Shown here: positions 40,777 through 54,384 of the stretch, piece after piece
How the letters are laid out: each line of letters begins with the position of its first letter
Numbering within the stretch: position 1 is the first letter of the stretch
DNA from: Octopus sinensis
Taxonomy: Eukaryota
Assembly: GCF_006345805.1 (NCBI RefSeq)
Contig: NC_043007.1
Location: 65,906,001-65,970,000 of the forward strand
Length of the DNA stretch: 64,000 bases
Reading direction: 5' to 3'
The notes under the pieces: model-generated
What the model was told of the DNA's origin: nothing
Databases searched by the model: none
What the model saw: only the letters and a program-made list of their open reading frames with translations
Translations under genes and position numbers: made by a program

Positions 40777-41125
40777 TCGGTCTATGCCTATAGTTTGAGA
40801 ATATCTACCTCCTTCCCTCTCACCTGCTGAGGAGGCCATGTAAAGAGAGGGTTATGAATAAAAAAAAAAACTTTTTAAGAAATCTATCTGGCGTTTGGCT
40901 GCTTGCCACCATTATAACTGATTCAGAATTCGTCTGAATTAGAGACAATTCTTTGTAGCACAAATTAGAGAATTCAGTGTAATGCTAGCTTTCTATTTCA
41001 CAAATTATTAAATGTAATCTTAAACTTAGGGATGATCACTTTTTGCCGATTAAGCATACGCAGTTTTTATTTAACACATGCAATATTCATGTGATTTTCA
41101 CTTCAGCTTTATTATTATTATTATG

Positions 41126-41189
<64 letters not shown>

Positions 41190-41325
41190 TATTATTATTA
41201 TTATTATTATTACTACTACTACTACAACTACTACTACTACTACTACCACCACCACCACCACCACCACTACTACACTACTACTACTACTACTACTACTACA
41301 CTACTACTACTACTACTACTACTAC

Positions 41326-41373
<48 letters not shown>

Positions 41374-41490
41374 CATTACTATTACTATTACTACTTTTAC
41401 TTATCTGTCAAAGTTATTTCTTTGCATTCTGATTTCAAATCTCACTTGAAGCGGTCACAATATGTAACGGAAGAACTTTGACGAATAAAC

Positions 41491-41558
<68 letters not shown>

Positions 41559-41688
41559 TGCAGATCGAATAAGTAGTGCATGTTTAATCTGCAGAAAAGG
41601 TAACCATCCTCAAATATAACGATATCTGTCTCAAAACACGATTTCACATCAAGAATCTTACAAGAACAAATACGGAAAAGCACACACG

Positions 41689-41787
<99 letters not shown>

Positions 41788-41799
41788 TTACCCCTCTGC

Positions 41800-42360
41800 G
41801 AGGTTATTTTATTTTAATTCTCTCGTAGGAAGGCTTAGCATGTTAGACGTGTCCTGTCTTGCCTTCGACAGCTGATGAAGGGGATTTTTCCTTGTGTAGC
41901 ATGTCCTGTACCTTGTCTTTCCGTTTTACATTATGTTTTTCCCGTTTTCGTTCTCGTCCTGTTCCACGTCTCTGTCCTTCTGTTGTAACAAAATGGCTTT
42001 TCCGTTTTCGTTTCTGTTGAGTTCTACGTCTTTTTGTGGTTTCCTGTACGTATATATATTTATATATGCATGTATATATACATGTAGATGTCGGTACGTA
42101 CATATATGTTTGTATGTATGCATATATTTTATCCTTGAATGATTTTTAAAAATCACTTATTGTCGTTTTGTTAACCATGTAGGCAGTCATCGAAATTTTT
42201 GTTTGTCTTGTTGCCGAGAGAGGCTCCCTTTCTTTCCTGATGAGAAGATTGCATCATACACCCTTTATTCCTTTGGAATGAAACCATGTGGTCTTCGAAA
42301 CATATGTTGGGAGTAAAGGAATTTTGTTAACATCTTCGTTCGACTCCATTCTTTCATTTA
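41800..42360 (+). mobile_element. Probable Penelope-like terminal-repeat-derived non-coding element
   Basis: T-rich non-coding block with CTGATGA at 41872 and a full hammerhead at 42232-42313. The GACA(G/A)CTGATGAAGGG start recurs at 55706. Confidence 0.5.
42232..42313 (+). ncRNA. Minimal type-I hammerhead ribozyme with canonical core
   Basis: CTGATGA (42237-42243); 11-bp stem II (42244-54/42286-96, including GU pairs); GAAA (42297-42300); stem III palindrome ACATATGT; cleavage triplet GUU (42306-08); 5-bp stem I CTTTC/GGGAG with two GU pairs. Confidence 0.8.
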
Positions 42361-42393
42361 TTCATATATATATATACATACATATATATATAA

Positions 42394-42609
42394 GGGCGGC
42401 GAGCTGGGAGAATGGTTAGAATGCCGGGCGAAATGCTTAGCGTCTGCCGTTATGTTCTGGGTTCAAATTCCGCCGAGGTGGACTTTCATTTTTTCGGAGT
42501 CGGTTAAATAAGTACCAGTTACGCACTGGGCTCGATGTAATCGATTTAATCCATTTGTCTGTCCTTGTTTGTCCCCTCTGTTTAGCCCCCTGAGAGCAAT
42601 AAAGAAATA
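42394..42609 (+). mobile_element. SINE family B, near full length
   Basis: GGCGGCGAGCTGG.AGAA.GGTTAG...GGTTCAAATTCCGCCGAGG, ending AATAAAGAAATA. Confidence 0.85.
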
Positions 42610-43429
42610 TATATATATATATATATATATATAAGAAAAAGAAAACGAAAAATGTCCATCAAGAATCTTACAAAAACATATACTCACACGTATATAAATA
42701 CACGAGTGAGTGGACAAACAAAATAAGGACGCTCAACACATTTAAATTTAATGCGAGTTCCATGTATGGATCAAAACAGTTTGATCTAAATTCGTTGGTA
42801 CTCCGAGTTTCAAGCGTGATGCTAGTCTTCAGCCATTTTGAATTTCAGATGCAAAATGGCTGAAGACCAGCAAGATGTATTGAAGTTGTGAGTGACAAAG
42901 TGTGATTTAATTAAGCTTATTAAAGTTATGCCTCATCTTTCCATAGCACGAGTAAACAAGCCATTACACTGTGAAGTATGGATGTCATAACAATTAATAA
43001 ATCACACAGTAGAGCAGCTATAATGTTCTCGTTAAAAATTTATTGAGCAGATTATTAGGAGATGTTGTTGCTGATGGTTGTGGTGTTATTAATGGTGGTG
43101 GTGGTGGTGGTGGAAGTAGGGTGGTGAAAGAATTGGTATAAAGTCAACAAATTAACAAGTTGACTGACCGTAATGAAGAACCGTGAAATAACATCGTGAC
43201 ATTCCTTTATATGTTCTTCAGTGGCGATGATAACGGCGATGATAAGCAGGACGATGGCAACGATGGCGACTATGAATGTGACGACGGCTTCTCAAAGGCA
43301 AGGCCAACAGACGAGAGGAGAGGTGTAATCCATCAATATATTCCCAGTGTGTGGTTGTTATGTACTTTATTGAAAAGGTAAAGTCTCTACACGATATACA
43401 GTCTAATTGCAGTAACTCAGAGACTGTGC

Positions 43430-43465
43430 AAAATAATAATAATAATAATAATAATAATGATGATG

Positions 43466-43538
<73 letters not shown>

Positions 43539-43558
43539 TAATAATGATAGTAATAATA

Positions 43559-43646
<88 letters not shown>

Positions 43647-43664
43647 GGTAATAATAATAATAAT
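43430..43664. repeat. (TAA)n microsatellite
   Basis: Direct reading. Confidence 0.95.
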
Positions 43665-44024
43665 GCTTGTGGCATCTCAAGGCGACTACTGTACCAGTGA
43701 TTGTAGGATCTCTAGGAATGATAAAAAAAAAGATACTGAAACCTATTTGAAAATGATACCAGGCTTACCATCCCTACGGGAAGTGCAAAGTATCGTGTTA
43801 ACTGGAACGATTCATGTACTGAGAAGAGCATTATCGCTGGGAAAACAACACCCATTCATGAATTTATTTATTTTTTCAAATGCATATTTTACCTGTGAAT
43901 TTGCCTGTGTAATCTGGGAATGCATACAATGAGCTTCTCTGCTTTAGGTGTGCGGAAAACACCCGGCGAGAAATGGAAGAAAATTTGGAGAAAGAAGGAA
44001 AATAATAATAATAATAATAATAAT
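43665..44024 (+). mobile_element. R4/Dong LINE 3' end in (TAA)n
   Basis: WHLKATTVPVIVGSLGMIKK / DTETYLKMIPGLPSLREVQSIVLTGTIHVLRRALS. Same subfamily as 21789. Confidence 0.85.
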
Positions 44025-44362
44025 GATAGCGAAAGGGACTGATTGCTACCTAACTCAGATACCAGGAAACCCCAAAATGGCAGAAATTCAAAAGATAGTG
44101 CTCATAGGAACTGCTCATATCCTACGCAAAATACTCTCTATGTAATCCCAAGGTTTAAAACGAACTTTTTTATTTATTTATTTATTTATTTATTTATTTT
44201 TTTTATGTATTAGACATTCACTAGTACAACACCAAAAAAAGAGGGAAAAAAAACAAAAAAACCCCAAATATATGGCACAGAACTTCCAACCTGTTGTCTC
44301 TTGAGGTCTCTGGGTGAGACTTGGAGCCAACTTGTACAGACATAAAGCAAAAGTCAAACATA

Positions 44363-44430
<68 letters not shown>
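44025..44430 (+). mobile_element. Second R4/Dong LINE 3' end directly downstream, different subfamily
   Basis: IAKGTDCYLTQIPGNPKMAEIQKIVLIGTAHILRKILSM* (44143-44145), then 3'UTR and (TAA)n at 44364-44430. Confidence 0.85.
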
Positions 44431-44435
<5 letters not shown>

Positions 44436-45918
44436 GAAAACCAAAGAAACTATTTGTGTAAATATGTAACTCATCCAGTTGATGTTGATTCGTTGACAGA
44501 ATCGTTTGAATATAGAATAAAATTCATCTGGGTTGAAATCGCGCCTCGGTTAACTTTAACTACGATCTTTACAGAGTCAATAAAATATAATTACCAGTTG
44601 AGGGCAATGGATTGTCGGTATTGTTAGAGTTTTGGACGAGGTGCCTTGTGGTAGTAGTACCTATTCTTTGCTTTCTTAGTTCCTGGGTGGTGGACTTAAT
44701 CCGTTGTCCGCTTTAATACCATCATTACTTAGTCCCTGGGTGTCTTTAATAGTGTTTGTTGTGTTGTTACCCAGGTTAACATCACCACAAAGCCTTGGAT
44801 ATCTCTAATAGAATCTACTTTGTTGTTACCCAGTTTAGCACAACCATTTGGTCCTTAAAGTCCCTTTAGCAGAATTCACTCGGTTGTAAGCATTCCCCCT
44901 CGTTTCGAAGGGGCTGGAAACTTAAAGGTTGAAAGGCACTACCGTTTCTAACCTGTTTAAGAGGTGAAAACAAAATTCAACAAATTATTTTCAGGTATTG
45001 AGTACTACATTATCATCATCGCCGTCATAGCCGTCGTTGTCGTAATCGTCATCATCATCGTTATCGTCATCTTTCAGCTTCTCCTCTTCCACCACCACCA
45101 CCACCTGCTCCTCCTTTTCTGCCTCCTCCTTCTCCACCTCCTCCTCTTCCACCTCCCCTCTCATTTTCCACCTCCTTATCCTCTCCTTTTCTTCTGCCTC
45201 GTTTCCCCCTCATATTCCGCCTCATTCTTCCCCTCCAAGTCCTCTTCCGCCTCATTTTCCGTCCAACTCCTCTTCTATCTCCTTCTCATTTTTCTCCAAC
45301 TCCGATCCCCCCTCCTCCTCCTCCTCATCATCATCATCATCCATCATCTATATGATCTTCCTTTCAAATCTAATATATATATCAAATTTAATTATTTTTT
45401 ACTTTAAGAAAAATCATTGTATATCCTGGGATATTTCATTCAATGTATTCCTTTGGTTTTTTTTTTAAACGAGCAGTATAGTCTTATTTTAGAGAATAAT
45501 TAAGTGCTCTATCTTGTAGGTCGTACGACTAAGGTGCAGAAGTTTCTCTCGATGGTTTTTATTACATCACCCATGAATAAATTTTTTTTAAATATGCAAA
45601 ATTTGCAAAACAAAGAAGATAGACGTTTATAGAATTATAATTAAGAAGAGAGAAAGTACCAAGCACCAAATTCTTTGGTTACTGAAAAACTTCATTATTA
45701 GATTTACACACAGACAACAATGCTATCAATTCAGATTATGCTTAATTAAACTTAGTGTCCTTATTTTTAGTAAAAGCCCTGACTACCCCTAGGGCATTCA
45801 TCTTACAAAAGAGGAGACACACAAAAGTCACTTTCCATTTTAGATCAGATAGTTTTGCTGAGTTGTGTTGTGTTTCTGTTGATAGTATTGTTGTTTTTGT
45901 TGTAACATTTTCCGCCAG

Positions 45919-45973
45919 ATCAGATTCACTGAGCAATGATGGCGATACTTACAGCGGTGATGCTTGTCCCGTG
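45919..45973 (+). other. Candidate 55-nt exon of an unidentified host gene
   Basis: Pyrimidine-rich acceptor TTTTCCGCCAG and donor GTG|GTAAGA. ATG at 45936 gives MMAILTAVMLVP; the alternative frame SDSLSNDGDTYSGDACPV is also open. Confidence 0.35.
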
Positions 45974-46269
45974 GTAAGAAATTAGTTTCAATTTTTTTAA
46001 ACAAGGCTATGTGTATGTATATATATATGTATAACAGATGATAGCTATATATATCGGTTACAAATTTTGTACCAGCCCAGGAAGTCAGGGGAGGAGGTAA
46101 GTCGATTACTAGTATTTATTCAACTGGTACTTATTCTATCGATCCCGAGAGGATGAAAAGCTAAGTTGACTTCTGTGGGTTTTGAACTTAGAACGTAGCG
46201 GTTAGCGAAATGCCGCTAAGCATTTTACCCCCCACTCTGGGACATCACATTAAATAATTCTTGATCGAA

Positions 46270-46440
46270 GAAATCGACCTCAGTACTTTTTATGAAGCTT
46301 GGTATTTATTTCATCGGTTCTTTTGCCGATGAGCTAAATTACAGAGGTGTAACAAATCAACACCAGTTGTCAAGTGGTAGTGGGTGACAAGACAGATGCA
46401 AAGATACACACATACACACATTCCCCCCTCTCTCTCTCTA

Positions 46441-46479
<39 letters not shown>

Positions 46480-46645
46480 TACACGCACACATAGGAATAG
46501 CTTCTTTCAGTTTTCGTGTAACAAATCCACTCACAAGTCTTTAGTTGGCCCGAGAGCATAGTGGAGGACAAGTGTCCAAAGTTCCACGCAGTGTAATTGA
46601 ACCCAGAACCATGTGATTGGGAAGCAAGCTACTTACCACGCACAC
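46270..46645 (-). mobile_element. SINE family A
   Basis: Reverse complement of 30027 with an internal (TC)n(CA)n. Confidence 0.75.
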
Positions 46646-47077
46646 CAACTCCACGTGGACCAAAGTTTATGCACATGAACTAAATGACATGAGCTAACCG
46701 ACAAAATCTTTATGGTTTCCTCCCTGGTTCTGTTCTTTGATTATCCGTATTTAAAATCAAACGAAGCTATCGATATATTTTGAAGACATACTGGTACCTA
46801 CTAAAACTCATGATGACGTGAGTTCGATAGTTTTGACACTCTGACGAAGTGATATATCTGGGCATATTGGTCAACTATTTTTAAATCTAGAATCATAAAA
46901 TGGCAAAAGACCGCTGTCCTATAGTATTTTTTACGTGTTATTTCCCCGTTCCTGCATTTTTACCAACACACACACTCATACCTTCTTACGCACACACGTA
47001 TGTACATATGGGCGTATACATAGATATATATATATATATATGTATGTGTGTATGTATATATACATATTCATATATGC

Positions 47078-47159
<82 letters not shown>

Positions 47160-47307
47160 GATATATGCATTATATGTTCTCAGCAACTTTCATCATTATT
47201 TTCTACATTTCCTACTCTTGCCACCTCCCACTATCATTGATTATCATAATGCCCTTGATGGCATATAGAGATGGACATAGATAAATAGGGAGAGTGTGGA
47301 AGAGGGA

Positions 47308-47365
<58 letters not shown>

Positions 47366-47956
47366 ATGAGAGAAATTGGTCTGTGTGACTCCTTATATAA
47401 CTGACATCAGAGACAAATACGCCTCATTAACTTAAGTCTATCCTTCTCAGCATCGAAGCAGGCGCACGTAATCCACAGCATACACAGCCACTCTTCATGC
47501 CGCCCACCACAGTTAACAGTGTCACCATTAGTACTGACCGCCCCACAGTTCCCTCTAGCTTAGTACACGCACCACTGCCATCATTATAGTGAATGGCACC
47601 AACATTACCATTAACTCTACTAGTGATCACCACTGCCTCCACCATTTACACTGAGTAATCTCAACATCAGTTTTAATCCCTGAAATTCAGAGCCTACGTT
47701 AATTAGTGTTGATCATACGTTTGCATATATATGTGCGGACGAGGGTAAGGTTTTCTTGAGGAAGAACAGTTGTGGCCTGTACATGTAGAATACCGTGGAT
47801 CATAGTTCTCTTCAGTGAGAACTGACTTGGGGTTAAGCAACAACAGACCAATAACAACGACGGCGACATGGTACCCCCATTATCACAACTAACATCATGA
47901 CCATAGAGTATAACTGACTTTTACTGCTGCTTCAGTTAATATTGGTTTCAAATTTT

Positions 47957-48597
47957 GGCACAAGGCCAGCAACTTCGAAGAAGAGGGAAATCGATTATAT
48001 CGAACCCAGAGCTTAACTGGTATTTAACTTATCGATTCCGAAAGGATGAAAGGCAAAGTCAACTTGGCGAAATTCGAACTCAAAACGTGCCGACGGACGA
48101 AATACCACTAAGTATTTTTACTGGGTATGCTAATGATTCTTTTCTACTGAAGGCACAAGGACCAAAATTTTCGGGGAGGGGGCCAGTCGATTAAATTGAC
48201 CCCAGTGCGCAACTGATATTTGATTTATCGACCCCCGAAAGGATGAAAGGCAAAATCAACCTCGGCGGAATTTGAACTCGGAACGTAAAGACAGACGAAA
48301 TAACGCGACACATTTCGTCCGGCGTGCTAACGATTCTGCCAGCTCGCTGCATTTGCTTCTGTTAATATTACCTTCACCGCCAAGGCGGCGAACTGGCAGA
48401 ATCGTCAGCAACGCCGGGGAAAATGCATAGCGGCATTTCATTCATCTTTATGTTCTGAGTTCAAATTCTGCCGAGGTCGACTTTACCTTTTATCCTTTCG
48501 AGGTCGATAAGATAAGTACTGGTTGATCACTGGGGTCGATGTAGTCGACTTAATCCCTCCCGCGAACTTGTCGGCTTTGTACCAATATTTGAAATAA
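47957..48597. mobile_element. SINE family B cluster: 47957-48140 (-), 48152-48350 (-), 48384-48597 (+)
   Basis: All match family B; the last two are inverted and ~33 bp apart. Confidence 0.85.
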
Positions 48598-49047
48598 ATA
48601 TTACCTTCCAAACGATAACCACCACTCCCAAACTATAACCACCACTGGCAACCACAGCTTCCTTAATCCCATTCCCCAGATCCGACTCCTACCGGCATTT
48701 ACTACCACCATCATTAACACTACAACCATCCTGTATTGTCCATCAAGAAAGTGAAACCAGCCTGAACGCTACACCACCATCTATCTCTCTTGTCATCAAT
48801 CTATCCGCAAACACCACAGTAATCGCCAAATTCTGCCGCTAACAAACCCCTTGTATCACTACCGCCGCCATCAACATCACTATCACAACCACTTCAACCT
48901 CCACCTCCACACGCTCGGCTACTTACCTCTAACAATCGACCTCCACTCGTCTCGTCCACGCCCCAGCTACCATCTGTTTTGAAATGATCAAAGGACTCTT
49001 GCACAGTTCAGTCCGTGCTGCTGCTTTTTTGTTATTGTTGTTGTCGG

Positions 49048-49095
<48 letters not shown>

Positions 49096-49323
49096 TCGCG
49101 GTGCTTATTGGCCAGAACTCGGGCTAAATTCTCGCAGGAGGCTTACCTTTCATTATACAACACATATACACGCATACACTCAGACGAGACACACATTCAC
49201 ACGTGCATGCACACACAATCAAACACACACATACATACAAATATCTTAATATCTATCAACACATACATACACATGATATATGTGTGTGTATGCGTGTGCC
49301 TACGTATATATATGTATATGTAC

Positions 49324-49410
<87 letters not shown>

Positions 49411-50219
49411 TGTATGTATGTGTACGTATATATATATATGTATGCATATATGTATGTATATATATATATGTGTATATATATATATGTGTGTATATATATA
49501 TATATGCATATATATATATGTATATGTATATGCATGCATATATATCTATATATACGCATACATATATGTATATATATATATATGTATATGTATATGCATG
49601 CATATATATCTATATATACGCATACATATATGTATATATATATGTACGAATATATATGTATACTTATATATATATGTGTGTGTGTGTTTCGATGTGTGGT
49701 TATTTATCTCTATGTACACGAATATATGTACGTGTTTGTGCGTATTTGTTATGGGCATGCGTGCGCATACACTTGAGTGCTTATTTCTGTGTGAACCTCC
49801 AATTATTTACGAACTTGGCTTATTAAGGGCCTCTGGACTGAAAAGCTCCAGAAGGTGGGAAGGGGCTTACCACTGTCCATAAGTCTCTCTCTGTCTGTCT
49901 GAGTGTAGAGTCGTGTGCTGCCCGCCCGGCCGCCCGCTCGCCTGCCTGTTTGTCTGTCTGTCTGTCCGTCTGTCCGTCTGTCCGTCTGTCTGTCTGTGTC
50001 TATCATTTTGTATTACAGCCTTTTGAATCACTTCTGCCCCCTTATCATCATGATCATATATCATCAACAACAACAATAACAATAACAATAACAGCAACAA
50101 CAGCAGCAGCATCATCATCAACCACATCATCATCATCATCATCATTATCATCATCATCATCAACTTCAGCATCATCAACAAGAACAGCAAGTACAGCAGC
50201 AGCAACAACAGCAGCAAGT

Positions 50220-50580
50220 GAAGGCGCAATGGCCCAGTGGTTAGGGCAGTGGACTCGCGGTCAGAGGATCGCGGTTTCGATTCCCAGACCGGGCGTTGTG
50301 CGTGTTTATTGAGCGAAAACACCTACAGCTCCACGAGACTCCGGCAGGGGGTGGTGGCGACCCCTGTTGTACTCTTTCACCCCAACATTCTCTCACTCTT
50401 TCTTATTGTATCTTGTCCCCGACTTCCTACGCAACCGCTGAGCCTGGATGCGCATTCATCCATCCGTCGGTGTCGGGGGTTGACCTGCTTTCTCTTCTGC
50501 GGGTCTTACGAATAGCAAAGGACCACGTTTCGGACTTCTCCCATCTTGCGAGCTCTGGGACGAAGACCGTTCTCTCAACA
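50220..50580 (+). mobile_element. tRNA-derived SINE (family C) within (CAG/CAA)n
   Basis: A box TGGCCCAGTGGTTAGG, B box GGTTTCGATTCCC, then a non-tRNA body shared in part with 35105. Confidence 0.8.
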
Positions 50581-50998
50581 GCAGCAGCAACAAAAACATC
50601 GACAACGACTACAGCAACAACACTATCTCCATTACGTTGAAATTTCTGTTCCTCAGCATTTCCCAGTATTTGAAGTCAGCGTTTCTCAATAATTTTGTAC
50701 CCATAGACTCCTTTGATTCCTATTTTTCTCGAATGGACCTTCACGGCCATTCCATGTTTAAAAATATTCTCTTATATCTTCAGAATTAAATATTATTACA
50801 AATTCCATAAGAAAACTTGTTAAAATATTTTGTGCATTTTTGTAATATAACCAATTTATAACACATAAATTTCAACAGCAAAACCTTACATGGATCCCGG
50901 TTGTGAACTAATGCTCCAAGCTAATAAAAAATCATATCTCAAAATAAATAGCAATTTAGATAATTTTGTTTGCTGTTATATCTGTTATTATAGTCTTA

Positions 50999-51034
<36 letters not shown>

Positions 51035-51037
<3 letters not shown>

Positions 51038-51470
51038 GCAGGAGTGGGTGTGTGGTAAGTAGCTTGCTTACCAACCACATGGTTCTGGATTCAGTCCCAC
51101 TACATGGCACCTTGTGCAAGTGTCTTCTACTGTAGCCTCGGGCCAACCAAAGCCTTGTGAGTGGATTTGGTAGACGGAAACTGAAAGAAGCCCGTCGTAT
51201 GTATATATATATAATATATATATATGTATGTGTGTGTGTGTGTGTGTATGTGTGTGTGTGCATACGTTTGTGTGTCTGTGTTTGTCCCCCCCTACATCAC
51301 TTGACAACCGATACTGGTGTGTTACGTCCTGGTAACAAGGCGGTTCGGCAAAAGAGACGGATAGAATAATTACTAGGCTTACAAAGAATAAGTCTTGGGA
51401 TCGATTTGCTCGACTAAGGGCGGTGCTCCAGCATGGCCACAGTAAAATGACTGAAACAAGTAAAAGAGTA
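51035..51470 (+). mobile_element. SINE family A, full length
   Basis: Aligns end to end with 30027-30441. Confidence 0.9.
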
Positions 51471-51481
51471 TATATATATAT

Positions 51482-51522
51482 ACTAGCATTATGACCCGTC
51501 GTTGCCGGGTCATAGTGCTAGT
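51482..51522. repeat. 41-bp palindrome related to the Helitron-like 5' end
   Basis: ACTAGCATTATGACCCG-tcgttgc-CGGGTCATAGTGCTAGT forms a 17-bp stem with one T-G pair. Confidence 0.85.
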
Positions 51523-51639
51523 GTATGTATATATGTGTATATATATGTGTACATATTACTTGTACATCTATATATATATACATCTACACATAAAATACAA
51601 AATACAAAGTTATATCTTGATATCGCTAGTGATAACAAT

Positions 51640-52330
51640 ACTCAAAATATATAACAGGCTGGAATTGTAGGCCTGTCTCTTACCATTTCGATCAATTGTA
51701 TCTTGTCCTCCCTCTTGTATAGAAGTGTGGCTAAAATCCAGCCTACCTCTACTTATGGAGGGACATTTTAAATTTTTATCCGGGACGTCCTACGTCCCAG
51801 ATATAAAAGTAAAAATAAAATATTTCCACTTTGCAAGTTCGAGTCGAGTACTCCCTTACACGCTCCGTTGACTCGAACCTTGCTTCTATTGTGGCGAATT
51901 TACCGCCTCTGGCTAGATATCTTTCATAGTCGCACCAAGACACTTTTCGATGGTTCTTTACTCCAGGTGTTCAAATCTTTTTTTTCTCTACACTGTATAC
52001 TTTATAGACAATAGTCTTTTCTTTAATTTAATTTTTTATTTCGTTTGGTGGTGTTATCCTAGATTCACCGTCTTTGTCGGTGATCAATCCGAAGTAGGTT
52101 TGTATTTCTTCCATTTTAATTTTAATGAGTTCGCGCCCACCGACGGCTACAACAAAATTCATTTTTGGACTTTCTTCTATCGAAGGCATTCTAACAAAAA
52201 TGCTTCCTTATAAACGGTGAAAATATTGTCAATTTCCTCAAACGGGGACGCAATTCAATTTTTGAGAGAAGAGTGCCATTGTCCTCTAGTGAACGATATT
52301 TCGACATCTTGTGTGTCTTCAACAGGTTCA
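51640..52330 (-). mobile_element. Probable L1/Tx1 ORF1 fragment, degenerate
   Basis: EKTIVYKVYS...YLARGGKFATIEARFESTERVREYSTRT...GRRTSRIKI.NVPP.VEVGWILATLL resembles cephalopod Tx1-type ORF1 as I recall it. Many stops. Confidence 0.5.
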
Positions 52331-52380
52331 AAAATTGTTATTATTATTTTATTATTTTATTATTATTATTATTATATTAT

Positions 52381-52903
52381 TGAGTGAGAGAGCAGTACAT
52401 GCCCTCAAAGTGACACTAGGGTAAAATATACGAAGCCTAGTAAACACATCTGATAAGGGTGCACCAGGAACATGCATCACAACCATATGTGTACGGCATG
52501 GTGATCTCATATCAAGATAAACAGCACATGACCTTGCAGGTGGAGCCCAGTTAGCTTCATATTAAGTAGTCCATTCTGCTCAAAAGGTCCCTGAGTAAGA
52601 GCTGTTTAAAGATGTTGAAAGAAATACTTATGTTTCCAAAGCTGAATTATCCAAACCCCAAATAATTCCTCTCAACTCAAGGCTATGATGCTCCCACACT
52701 ATTTCTGCTCGTGATTAGAGATGCCCATATCGTCAGCCACTAAGGGACATGCTCAACTGGTTGTGGTCAAACAAGTGACAAGCAAATCTGTGGTATTGAA
52801 CAGAATATTTGCTGTAGCCCATCTTTTATATCAAGACAAAACCATGTACATGATAACACTTCCAGTCAGTTAAGATCAGAAGCCATGAGAGCCACTGCTT
52901 GGT
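52381..52903 (-). mobile_element. ~525-bp (TAA)n-associated repeat, complete copy
   Basis: Reverse complement of 22282-22806, with (ATT)n on both sides. Confidence 0.85.
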
Positions 52904-52911
52904 ATTATTAA

Positions 52912-52970
<59 letters not shown>

Positions 52971-52991
52971 TATTACTATTATTATATTACT

Positions 52992-53114
<123 letters not shown>

Positions 53115-53352
53115 TTGTTTCTTTTTTTATCATTTCATATGTAACCCCCACACGTTATGTATGTATTTGTATTGTCACCCTCATCCTTCGCCCTTGTGTT
53201 AGATAAATATAATCATTACTATTCTTCTTGTTCTTGTTCTTCTTGTTCTTCTTGTTCTTCTTGTGCTTCTTGTTCTTCCTCTTCTTGTTCTTCTTCTTGT
53301 TCTTGTTCTTCTTCTTGTTCTTCTTCTTCTTCTTCTTCTTCTTCTTCTTCTT

Positions 53353-53418
<66 letters not shown>

Positions 53419-53859
53419 GTGATTTGAGGCCATCAAGGTGATAGCTTTTTATATACTTTCGAGAGCATGGGTTCATTATCTCTGTAGGAATCAAATCAAG
53501 AAGATAACATAACATTCAATAAAATGTTATAAACCAAAACTCCCAATTCGCAAATGTCAGGCCCCGTCGAATCTACTTATTGGAAAATCAAATAACATTT
53601 CGACGGTTTGCTTTCCCCAAACGAGATTCTTCTAAAAGCAGAAATCACCTCTGGCATTTATCTTCATTCTGATATCACTTTCGAAAAAGAAACACAGAAG
53701 TGTATTAATGTAAATCTATTAAATACTCTACTTTTCATAGTTTCTTAGTCACACACTCACACACATATACGCATGCGCACACACACGCACGCACACATAG
53801 GCACGCACACACACATACATACATACATACATACATACACACACGCACGTACACAAAAC

Positions 53860-54125
53860 TGGCATTCTGTCGGTTACGACGATGAAGTTTCCAGTTGATC
53901 CGATCAAATCAAAGACCAGCGTGTTCGTGAAATTAACGTCCAAGTGGCTGACGCGCGCACCCTTAACGTAGTCCTCACGGCGATTCAGCGTGGACACAAA
54001 ATGTGATAAGGTTGGCTCTGTGAATTACAAGTGCAACTCGTTTTTGCCAGCTGAGTGGGCTGGATCGACGTGAAATAAAGTGCCTTGCTCAAGGATACAA
54101 CGCGCCACCAGGAATCAACTTCAGG
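53860..54125 (-). mobile_element. SINE fragment with TTGAGCAAGGCACTTTATTTCACG core
   Basis: The core is shared with 54590-54640 (reverse complement). Confidence 0.6.
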
Positions 54126-54305
54126 ACCCTAACAACACCCACTCGTCTTCACACACAAATATATATATATATATATATAATATATATATATATTGCGAGG
54201 ATGATCCGGTCTTGACTGAAGATTAAACCCGTCCATTTTTTTTGTATCGTCTTCTGGATGTTTTGCGTTCTTGTCCTATTTTGTGTGTATTTATTATATA
54301 TATAT

Positions 54306-54364
<59 letters not shown>

Positions 54365-54384
54365 ATGGATGTGTGTGTATAAAA

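Noticed and set aside
44660-44850. Short recurring units (CTTAGT.CCTGGGTG and TGTTGTTACCCAG) that might suggest a CRISPR-like array
   Set aside because: Only two imperfect copies of each with irregular spacing, in a eukaryotic context with no cas genes.
50323-50350. HDV-like L3 motif (AGC-TCCACGCG-GCT) in the SINE body, also at 35105
   Set aside because: No P1 partner with a G at position 1 and no P2 could be found, and both copies break P3.
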